64,000 nucleotides of DNA, taken from assembly GCA_965240325.2 (NCBI GenBank), contig OZ251252.1, positions 434,001 through 498,000 on the forward strand, written 5' to 3'. Both the position numbers and the translations under genes were made by a program. The notes beneath the pieces were generated by a model. The model searched no databases. It was not told where the DNA came from and saw only the letters and a list, made by a program, of their open reading frames with translations. Shown here one piece after another: positions 53,864 to 63,215 of the stretch (positions within the stretch are counted from its first letter, which is position 1; every line of letters begins with the position of its first letter). This DNA is from Rebecca billardiae RCC1528. Taxonomy: Eukaryota; Protista; Haptophyta.

Positions 53864-55885
53864 TTACCTTCGTGCAGCCCCGCCTGCTCTGTGGCGCTTG
53901 CGCAGCCCGGCCTTCAGCCGTGCGGGAATACGCCAGCTCAGATGGTGGTCAGATAGGCCTTTGATCACCTTCGACACGATGCCGCGTGGCTTGGCGTCCA
54001 CCGCAGCGGCAGCAGCGCCCCCGGCAGCGTCCGCAGTGGGGCAGCGTGCGTACTCCTCCCGGCTGCCGTACCCGAAGAGCTGCTCGAGCTCCCAGTCCAG
54101 TCCACGCACGATCGTATCGAGCGCTTCACGCGACAGCGAGGAGGCGTGCTCGCACGGCTGGTCGGAGACCTTCGTCAGCAGGGCCACCTTGCGCTTGGTC
54201 TTGCCTGCCCCGGACGAGGCCTCCTTGCCGCCCGGCTTGACGATCGAGGTGGCAAACCGCGCGAACGCACGCGGCGGGCACACGCCCATGTGTCGCGCGA
54301 GCATGCACGGCACGGCGTTTGCGCGCTGCACAAAGTCCTCGTACCGCAGCACGAGCACGGGGCCGCCGCCTGCGCTGCGGCTCACCGTGCGCACGAGCTG
54401 CTCGCGCTGCGTGGCCTCGTCCGCGGGCACCAGGTCGAACGCGTCGCGCAGCAGGCGCAGCTTGGCGCTGCGCAGCGCGAGGATGGAGTCGAACGCGTGC
54501 ACCGCGCACCGCCGCTGCTGCTTGCTCGGCAGTTGGTTCAGCTTCACGGGCGGCGCGTCGGTCGAGTTGGGGGCAGGGAGGAAGCCAAGCCGCTGGCATC
54601 GCTCATGCCCGCCGTCCACCTTCCACGACCGCCACTCGACGCTGAGGAAGCGCTCGATCGCCATCCCGCTCAACCAGGGCGAGTGGTGCGGCAGGCCCTG
54701 CATCGCGCGCAGCCACTGCACAGGCTCACGCACCATCATCAGCGTAGGCGGACCGGCGGCGTGCATGGCGCGCAGTGCGGCGAGCGTCGCCGCGAGCGCG
54801 GCCGGCGAGTCTGACACCCAGATATGCTTGTACACGGCGGCTCCCCCGGTCGGGTCGGCCAGGCCGAAGTTGAGCTGCATCTGCGCGGCGGCCGCGTTGG
54901 TGCCGCAGTGCCGCTCGCCCAGCAAGTAGTACGCACTCGCGTTGCGGCACACACGCGCTGGCAGCGGCTGCAGCCGCGATGGGCAGAGAAGGTCCCAACG
55001 CTCGGGCATGCTCAGCGCGCGCAGTCGGCCCGACTCGAGCACGCGCCAGTACCGCGCCCACTGCTCGTGACTGCCGCTGTCGACCAGGAGGGCGCCGGCG
55101 CTGGCCTCGCGCGCAGGCAGCAGCTCCGCGCTGAACTGCGACGTGGTGTGCAGCACGCGCGCGATGAGGCGCTCGGCGAGGTAGTCCGAGAAGACGAGGT
55201 CCGATGAGAGCCCAGCGTCGTCATCGCGTAGCACCGCGCGCATCTGCGCCTCGAAGCGCGACACGTTGCGATCGAAAGCCGCGAGCGGTATGCGCCAGCC
55301 GCCCAACCCCTCCGCGACGTCCAGCTGCGCGCCGTGCTTGTCGCGCACCTGCACATGGCCGCGCGGGTTGTCCAGCGTGCGCGGCACGAGCACGAAGCCC
55401 GAGACGGCCTCCGAGATGAGCGGGCTCGCCGTCTCGGCGAACGAGGACGCCATCCCCGCCGGGTACAAGATGTCGTCGTCCACGACCACGATGTGCGTGC
55501 GCGACACCACCTCGTCCTCGCGGCCGTGCGGCGGCAGGCCGAGCCTCTGCGCGATCACGGGCAGCCGCGTGTGCAGCAGGTAGCGCACGGTGGGCACGAG
55601 CTTCGTCGCCGGACCCCAGTCCTCCTCCACGCGGTTCACGCTCGCGACCGCCGTCACCGCCGCCGGCAGCTGCGCGGGGTACCCCTCGCCCGTGCGCCCA
55701 AAGGTGCGCGGCAGGTTGAGCAGTACCTCGTCAAAGGGGCGGCGCTGGTGCTCAGCGCCGAGGGAGCGCAGCGTGGGGCCGATGGTGTTAAGCCGCGACG
55801 GCGAGGTCGTGAGGCTGGCGACGAGGTAAACCGCCGCCGCCCTCCTGTCGAAGGGCGCCTGGGAGGTGATACCGCCCCCCGTCAT
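53864..55885 (-). CDS. GT-sulfotransferase fusion, copy 4 (inverted, mosaic divergence)
   Basis: Same motifs (IVVVDDDILYP, LLGERHCGTN, MVREPVQWLRAM, LRYEDF). Near-identical blocks alternate with strongly diverged blocks. Confidence 0.8.
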   Translation of the reverse strand: MTGGGITSQAPFDRRAAAVYLVASLTTSPSRLNTIGPTLRSLGAEHQRRPFDEVLLNLPRTFGRTGEGYPAQLPAAVTAVASVNRVEEDWGPATKLVPTVRYLLHTRLPVIAQRLGLPPHGREDEVVSRTHIVVVDDDILYPAGMASSFAETASPLISEAVSGFVLVPRTLDNPRGHVQVRDKHGAQLDVAEGLGGWRIPLAAFDRNVSRFEAQMRAVLRDDDAGLSSDLVFSDYLAERLIARVLHTTSQFSAELLPAREASAGALLVDSGSHEQWARYWRVLESGRLRALSMPERWDLLCPSRLQPLPARVCRNASAYYLLGERHCGTNAAAAQMQLNFGLADPTGGAAVYKHIWVSDSPAALAATLAALRAMHAAGPPTLMMVREPVQWLRAMQGLPHHSPWLSGMAIERFLSVEWRSWKVDGGHERCQRLGFLPAPNSTDAPPVKLNQLPSKQQRRCAVHAFDSILALRSAKLRLLRDAFDLVPADEATQREQLVRTVSRSAGGGPVLVLRYEDFVQRANAVPCMLARHMGVCPPRAFARFATSIVKPGGKEASSGAGKTKRKVALLTKVSDQPCEHASSLSREALDTIVRGLDWELEQLFGYGSREEYARCPTADAAGGAAAAAVDAKPRGIVSKVIKGLSDHHLSWRIPARLKAGLRKRHRAGGAARR

Positions 55886-56263
55886 CGTCGTCGCGATCTG
55901 CGCTGATCCGTGGGCGCATGCAGATCTGCTAGTTATGCAATCTGATACCATAGCAAGTTCAAAGTGATATGATGAGGACACACAGTCTTAGTCACACTGC
56001 GGATGCTGCTATAAAACGGCTGCAAGTAGTACCGCCACCCCGGCGTACACGGAACGTGTGTACTGGTGTGAGTCCTCGTGACCGCGTCGTGAAGCGAGTC
56101 ACTCGCAGCGTCATGTCACTCATGAGATCAGTCGTCTGCTGTCATGCGCGAGCGGCAAGTGGCTCCGGTCGTCGCCGACGGCGTGCGATGCGGACGGCCA
56201 CTCGACGCTCCGAGGAGCAGGCAGCTTGCGCAGGGCGCCCGGCTCGCCGCGCTTCCGAGTGGC

Positions 56264-57477
56264 TCAGGCGGCGTCTGAGGGCGGCTGCTCGCCCTGCTCG
56301 CCCTGCTCTTTCCTCCTCGCCTGCAGCTCGTCCACCATGCGCTTGTTGTCCTCGGTCAGCTGCCGGATGCGCTCCTCCTGCTGCGCCAGCATGGCACGCA
56401 GCTCCTCCTTCTCGAGGTCAGCCGCGGTGCTGCCGCCCGCCTCGTCCGCGGCAGCACTCGCCGGGGCGGCCGCCTCCGCCCTGGTCCCGGCCGCGCCCCC
56501 GGCCCCGTCCTGTTGCCTGCGCTGCATCTCCGCCTCGAGGGAGGCGCGCCTGGCCGCGCGAGAGGCGGCGTCCGTGCCGATCTTCTTCTTGCGCGGGTCC
56601 TTGGACAGGGTCTTCACCGCCGGGTCGGTCTGGCACACGAGCGCGGGCCAATCGCGCCGCGTCTTCTCGTCCGCCGAAATGCGCAGCCGGAACAGCTTGT
56701 TGTTCCGCATGCTCGAGAGCACGTGCAGCTTGACCTCGAACCGGCACCGCCCGGCGACTGCCCACAGCGGCTGCGTGCCCAGCAGCTGGAGCAGTGGCTT
56801 GTGGTTCGCGTTGGCGAGCTCGTCGACCGGCAGCCCGTCCTCGTACACGATCTCAACCTCCAGCTGCATCGGCGACTGCGCGGCCAGCTCGCCCGCGTCG
56901 GTGAGCAGCACCACCTCCACGTCGATCTTGCGGTCGGTCAGCACGTACGGCACGCCCTCGTCCTTGCCGCGCACGGTGAGCGAGGCCTCGAGGACGAGCC
57001 GGCCCGGGTCCTGCGCGGGCGCGGGCGCGGGGGAGCGTGGCGGTCGGCGGAGGGCAGTCAGCGCCGCACAGGCCATGCCGCAGCGGCTGGCCACGCCCAA
57101 CGGCGCGCTGCGTGCGCGCTGCGTGCGCGCGCGTACGACAGGCCCCGAGGCTCGTGGCAGGGACGGGATGCGCTCCGCGAGCCGGTTCACGGCGTCGGCC
57201 TCGTCGCCGGCGACCGCCGGTAGCAGATCGCCGTCATCGAGTGCTCTGAACACGTCCTGGATCTGCTGGTCATCGAGATGAGTCAGCTCGCCAACCAGGT
57301 CCAAGCCCTGCAGCGGGGGCGGCGCCCAATCGCGCGCGATCGCGAATCGAGCGCGCGGTGGTGGTCAGGCGCAGGTGGTCGTCCACAGCTCGCTCGGCGG
57401 CCACGGCACACCTCCATGCTCTGGGTGAGCCCCGCGTACGGCGGCGAGGCGTCGGCGGGCACATCCGGCTCCGCCAT
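56264..57477 (-). CDS. Putative Ig-fold (CBP60/CudA-like) DNA-binding protein with basic NLS and C-terminal coiled coil, paralogue A; introns 57308-57411, 57011-57136
   Basis: Spliced LTQSME^GLDL; core RKIDVEV...YEDGLPVDEL...GRCRFEVKLHVLSSMRNNKLFRLRI...VKTLSKDPRKKK; heptad tail. The gene is well supported by paralogy; the function is inferred. Confidence 0.7.
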
Positions 57478-57765
57478 GCTCCCCGCCCACCGGCAAACGA
57501 GCGCAGGGCTGGCACTCGCCGCCGCTCGCCGCCTGCTGCACCGGCCCGCCGGCGCGAATTCTCGTCGGCGAAGTTTTCGGTTCCCGTCGTTTTCTAGGTC
57601 GTTTTCTGCTTCCCGCTTCGTCGCCACGGCGCCCAGGACCGCCGCCGGCCCGCCGCCAAGCCCTGTCATCTGTGGCACTTGCGAGTACTCTACGGCTGTC
57701 CATCTATGTACACGGTACTCTACTGAAGCCTACCATACCAGTCCCGGCGAGTCCCTACGGAATGC

Positions 57766-59235
57766 TCAGTACACAGCGCCGGCGAGGCCATCCTGGTCGG
57801 CAGCCTCAGCGGCAGATACCGACGCCGAAGGAGCCTCGTCCGCGTGCAGCGCGCGCTGATCGCGCCTGATGGTGCTGACGCTGCCGCTCATCACGCCCGT
57901 CGTGGTCGCCGTCGCGAGGTCTGCGCCGTCAGTAGCCGCGGAGCCCGCGGAGACGCTGTCGGCCGCGGGCGTCGCGGCGATGGCCTCGCGCCTGAGCTCG
58001 CGCAGCTCGTTGAGCTCGGCCATCACGCTCTTGTTGTGCTCGATCAGCTGGCGGATGCGCTCGTCCTGCTCCTCGATGCGCCGCCGCAGCTCCTCCTTCT
58101 CGCTCGGGCCACACGCCTCGACCGACGCGCCGGAGGGGGGCGGCGGGGGCGGCAGCACGGGCGCTGGGCCACTCGGCATGCCCTCGCCGCTCTCCTCCGC
58201 CAACTGCCGCTGCCGCTCGAGCTCGCGCTGCGCGCGCTGCGCCGCCCTCGACGCGGCGTCGGTGCCGAGGGCCTTCTTGCGCGGCGCCTTGGACAGGGTG
58301 CGCACGCAGCCGGTCGAGCAGCGCAGCTCGGGGTTGGCCGCGCGGATGAACGGGTCCGCCGGGAAGATGTCCAACCGAAAGCGCTGGCCATTCCGCATGC
58401 TCGAGAGCACGTGGATCTTCACCTCGAACTTGCCCCGGCCGTGCACGGCCCACGGCTTCTCCGGTCCGAGCGTGCTCATCAGCGGCTCCTCGGCCGCCGA
58501 GTTGGCGAGCTCGTCGACGGGGAGGCCTGACTCGTACACGAGGCGGGCCTCGAGCTGCATGGGCTGCATCACGGCGAGCTCGTTCGTGTCCGTCTTGAGC
58601 CGCACGTCCACGTCGATCTTGCGCCCCTTGATCACGATCGGCTCGCCCTCGTCCTGGCCGTGCGCCTGGCAGTGCGCGTCCAGCCGCAGCCGAGCCTGCT
58701 CCTGCGCGCACGCGGGAACGGCCCGGGGAGGGGGCTCCGCGCTGAGCAAGGGGGATGGCGCGGGCACGAGAGCAGTCGGGAGGGCCGATCGCACGCGACT
58801 CACCACCACCTCACGGGCGTGGGGGAGGGGTGCCGGGCGGGCTGTGCTCGTCGGTGGCGGAGCAGGCGAGGTCTCGTCGGCGTGGACGGCCGCGTCCGCG
58901 CTCAGGGCCGGGCGGTACGCCTCGGTGGTGGTCGTGGGCGGCGCGCTGGCCGAAGGGGAAGCAAGCGGCATATGTGATGCGTTCTCATCCGTTGCCGGGG
59001 ACGCATCGCCGGGGATGACGTCCTCGAGCAGCTGCGCCAGCTGGTGGCCGCTCATGGACGCGATCGGGCCAAAGTCAAGGCCCTGCGCCGACCGCACGGC
59101 GCACGCGGCGTGCGGCCGAAGCGGTTGGCGCGGCTCAGCGGTGCAAGCGCGACCGGTGGGCGTCACGCCGGCCGGTGCGCGCACCTCCATGCTCTTCGTG
59201 AGGTGGATGATGGGTGGTGCGCCGACGGTCGTCAT
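57766..59235 (-). CDS. Putative Ig-fold (CBP60/CudA-like) DNA-binding protein, paralogue B; introns 59083-59184, 58702-58803
   Basis: LTKSME^GLDF; core RKIDVDV...YESGLPVDEL...GRGKFEVKIHVLSSMRNGQRFRLDI...VRTLSKAPRKK. Intron positions match paralogue A. Confidence 0.7.
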   Translation of the reverse strand: MTTVGAPPIIHLTKSMEVRAPAGVTPTGRACTAEPRQPLRPHAACAVRSAQGLDFGPIASMSGHQLAQLLEDVIPGDASPATDENASHMPLASPSASAPPTTTTEAYRPALSADAAVHADETSPAPPPTSTARPAPLPHAREVVVSRVRSALPTALVPAPSPLLSAEPPPRAVPACAQEQARLRLDAHCQAHGQDEGEPIVIKGRKIDVDVRLKTDTNELAVMQPMQLEARLVYESGLPVDELANSAAEEPLMSTLGPEKPWAVHGRGKFEVKIHVLSSMRNGQRFRLDIFPADPFIRAANPELRCSTGCVRTLSKAPRKKALGTDAASRAAQRAQRELERQRQLAEESGEGMPSGPAPVLPPPPPPSGASVEACGPSEKEELRRRIEEQDERIRQLIEHNKSVMAELNELRELRREAIAATPAADSVSAGSAATDGADLATATTTGVMSGSVSTIRRDQRALHADEAPSASVSAAEAADQDGLAGAVY

Positions 59236-59946
59236 GTGGCGGACGGCGTTTATTGATGCGCAGGTCGTTGGCGTCGCGTGTTCGATCGTTCACGGCCAGG
59301 ACTTGTCTCTTTTTAGGTGCCACGTCCCTTTCGCAGTTTCCGGACCCGACGGCGAGGCGGGGTCCGGGCGCGCGGCGTCGGACACACGTCCTCCCGAGTC
59401 CCGAGTCCCACCGTACGGCGGCTGCTCAGACTGGGAGCTGAGACTCTCGTCCAAGGACAAGATGTCTGATGATATCGATCGCCTGCTGATGTATGCCGCC
59501 GGCGCCGCCTGGCCTGTACTACCGTTAAGTATGGCGTATCTCCCGCCCATTGTCAGAACCGATGATTCTTCGGACCCACTGAAGCCTGTCTGATGCCACT
59601 CGCGCTTGCCAGTGCCGCCCGCTGTGTGATTGAGTGAATGTGAGGTGCCGATGATGCTGATGATATCGCGACGCCGAGCCCGAAGCAGGTCCGAGAAAGC
59701 CCAGCGAGGCCACAGCAGCCAGCAGAGATGCGAGTGCCCAATGCGAGTGCCCGGCGCACCGTGGCCAGCCACACGAGGCCGCCAAGGGCGGTCGGTCCGC
59801 GGCCGGGGTGCCGCGTGTGCCCTGGTGACCTGCCGGGCCGAGCATGGCCATGCGAGAACGTCTGCGGCTCACGGCTCGCCAACGGCCGCCCGACGTCAGC
59901 GCCGTACGCGCCACGTCGCGGCACGTGCGCGCGCCCGCGTCGTGCG

Positions 59947-61169
59947 TTATACGCGCACGCACTCGCGTCGCAGCTGCAGGTGCTTCCCCTCGGTGACCAT
60001 GACCTCGTACCGGCCGGTCTCGGGGTCGTACTTGACGACCTTGCCGCGCGCGCCGTTGTACTGCCGGGCGCTCTCAGACTCGAGGCCCGTCACCGTGCAG
60101 CGCGTGTCCGCCGGCACGACGACGTTGTTCGCCGAGAGCGCGGCGACGCGGCCGCTTTGCAGCTTGACGTGGTACCGCCCCCGCTCCGCGTCCCACGCGA
60201 GCAGCGTGCCGCTCGTGCCGTTGAGCGCGCGCTCCTGCTCGGAGTGCAGCTCGGTGATCTGCACCGCCAGCCGCTGCACCAGGTTGTCCGCGCGCACGGC
60301 GAGCTGCTCGTCGGCGTCGTCGAGCTGCACGGTGTACCGCTGGCGCTCGGAGTCGTACGAGAGCACGCGCCCCGTCCTGCCGTTGCGCTCCGTCGACTTG
60401 AGGCCCGCGAGCGCCACCGGCGTGCCCACAGGGATCTCGTCGAAGCGCGCGCTGTGCTTGGGCCGCACGCTGCGGCCGCCCGTGCGACCGCCGCCCCGGC
60501 CGCCGTGCGGCATCCCGCCCATGCCCATGCCGCCCATCTGCGAGAAGAGGTCCGGGCCGAAGGGCATGCCCCCCATCCCGCCGCCCATCCCGCCGGGCAT
60601 GCCGCCCATCGAGCTGAACATCATGCGCGGGCCCGCGCCACCGCCCGCCCCGTCCATCGACCCAAAGTGGCACGCAAACCCGGGCATGCCGCCCATGCCG
60701 CCAGCGCTGGCACCGCCCAGCCCGCCGTTGAGGAACATCTCCATGGGGTCGGAGCTGCCGAAGAACGACTGCGCCCACGGCGCGCACGAGCGGTGGCGGT
60801 GGAGGTGAGCCGTGCGCGCGCGCGCGCTGCCGCGCCGCCCATGCGCGCGCGCGTGGGCGCGCGCGCGCGCACCTTGAAGATGGCCTCGGCCTGCTCGCTG
60901 TTGAACGACGCGCCGCCGGCGCCCATGCCGTTGCCATTGACACCCGCCTTGCCGAACCGGTCGTACGCCGCGCGCTTGTCCGCGTTGGAGAGGCAGTCGT
61001 ACGCCTCGGCCACGCGCTTGAAGTTCTCCTCCGCCTTGGAGTCGCCCTGGTTCTTGTCGGGGTGCCACCTGATGGCTGCCTTCTTGTAGGCTTTGGAGAT
61101 GTCTTGCTCGGTGGCGTCGCGCGAGACGCCGAGCACCTTGTAGTAGTCCTCCGCCGCGGGGTCGCCCAT
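59947..61169 (-). CDS. DnaJ/Hsp40 protein: J-domain, G/M/F-rich linker, three KOW/SH3-like repeats; intron 60769-60872
   Basis: DYYKVLGV...[14 protein letters not shown]...[12 protein letters not shown]...RAAYD (HPD motif); spliced AIFK^SFFG; three ~55-aa repeats containing NGxxG...(Y/W)D...RYxV. Confidence 0.9.
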
Positions 61170-61522
61170 GCCCACAGGCGCCGCGCCCGGGCCTGGTCGT
61201 TGGCGTCGATTGCCAGGCGAGGCGATCCAGGCGTCTCGAAGCCCAGCACCAGGCGCCTGGACGGCTGGCTGCCCGCGCTGCTAAAAGTCCGGTGACGCAG
61301 TCCGGCACGTCCGCTGATGCCGAAAGTTCAGACTTTGCCAGTTGGGTGCGTGTCAGTCCGGGTGGCATTCCGGATGATCGTGTCATGTGTTGGTTGCGCG
61401 GGGCGCGGAGGGGTTGTCGCCGCAGCGGCTGCCTAACAGCACCAGCGAGAAGGCCGGGCGCGTGTGGGCGGGCCCGCGGGATCCGAGCCAGCGAGCCAGG
61501 GCGCGAGCCGCGCGCAGACGGC

Positions 61523-63215
61523 ATGGCGGACAAGTACCAGAAGGTGGAGAAGATCGGCGAGGGCACGTACGGCGTGGTGTACAAGGCGAAGAACCGCGTC
61601 AACGGCGAGCTGGTCGCGCTGAAGAAGATCCGGCTCGAGGCGGAGGACGAGGGCATTCCGAGCACGGCCATCCGCGAAATATCCATCCTTAAGGAGCTGC
61701 AGCATCCGAACATCGTCAGGTACTGCATGCCGCGGCGCCGCTCGCCCGCGTCCCCCATGCCCGGCCCGAGCTGCGCGACTGCAGGTGCGCCTTGATGCCC
61801 GAGCCCACCGCAGCACTCACACGCGCTCGCCCCACGCGCGTCGCCTGCGGCGCGGCCTCCGCAGGCTCCTCGATGTGATTCACACCGAGAAGAAGCTCAC
61901 GCTCGTCTTCGAGTTCCTGGACCAGGACCTGAAGAAGTTCCTCGACCAGACGGAGGGCAACGTTGACTCAAGGACTCTCAAGGTGTGCACACGTGCGGCG
62001 CGCGCTGCGGCGGCCCGCCAGCGCGGCGCGGCCTCCTGGTGGTGGGCCCGGCTGGTGCCGGTGGTGCGGACGGGTTGGCGCTGACGCAGCTTGCCCCGCG
62101 TGCACCGCGCGTGGCTATGCGTGCGCCTCCCCGCCCGCGCAGACGCTGCTGTACCAGCTCCTCCGCGGCGTGGCGTTCTGCCACGACAGGCGCGTGCTGC
62201 ACCGCGACCTCAAGCCGCAGAACCTGCTCATCAACAAGGTGCGGACTGGGCGGCGGGGGGCGCACGCGCGCACGCGGGGCATGCGCGACCCGGCGCGCGC
62301 GGGCGGAATGCGGGGCGCTGAACACCCCGCTCCCTTCCGTGCGCGCGTCCGCGCTGCCTGCGCCGCCACTGCCGTCGCCGTCGTCGCCGCGCGCGTGCGT
62401 GTGCGTGCGCGTGCGTGTGCGTGTGCGCGCAGGATGGCGCCCTGAAGCTTGCGGACTTCGGCCTCGCGCGCGCTTTCGGCATTCCAGTTCGTAGCTACAC
62501 ACACGAGGTGCGCACGCGTGCCCGAGCTCGACGCTCGGGACAGCTTGCGCCGGCGCTGGCGCGGCGAGCCGGGGCTGCCCCTCGGCAGGCGCGCGCTCCC
62601 GAGCAAGCCCGCGCCGGCGGGTCAGCGCTGACCGCCTCGCTCGGCGCCCGGCGCGCGCTGCGCAGGTGGTCACACTCTGGTACCGCGCCCCGGACGTGCT
62701 GATGGGATCCCGCAAGTACTCGACGCCAGTGGACATGTGGTCGGTCGGCTGCATCTTCGGCGAGATCGCGTCGGGCCGGCCGCTCTTCCCGGGCTCGTCG
62801 GAGGAGGACCAGCTGATGCGCATCTTCCGACTGCTCGGCACGCCCAACGAGGAGTCGTGGCCGAGCATGGCCGAGCTCCCGGAGTTCAAAACGGACTACC
62901 CGCACTACGATGCGCAGCCGCTATCAAAGATCTGCCCGAAGCTGGATGCGGTGGTGCGCGCACGCCTTAGCCGCGCGCTGTGCGCACCGCAGCGCACCTC
63001 GTCCTCGGCCGCGCGCTGAGCCTCGCGCCACGCGGACGCGTGCCGTGCGGCGCCGCCGTGCGCAGGGCCTCGACCTGCTGTCGTGCATGCTAAGATACGA
63101 GCCGTCGTCCAGGATCTCGGCCAAGCAGGCGATGGCTCACCCCTTCTTCGACGACCTCGACCCGGCGTTCAAGAATGGTGCCATGCCCTCCGGCCCTGCC
63201 AGCGGTGCCCGATGA
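61523..63215 (+). CDS. PSTAIRE cyclin-dependent kinase (cdc2/CDKA-CDK5-like); introns 61720-61864, 61983-62142, 62239-62432, 62508-62665, 62954-63065
   Basis: [64 protein letters not shown]. Five GT-AG introns restore the kinase domain. Confidence 0.95.
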
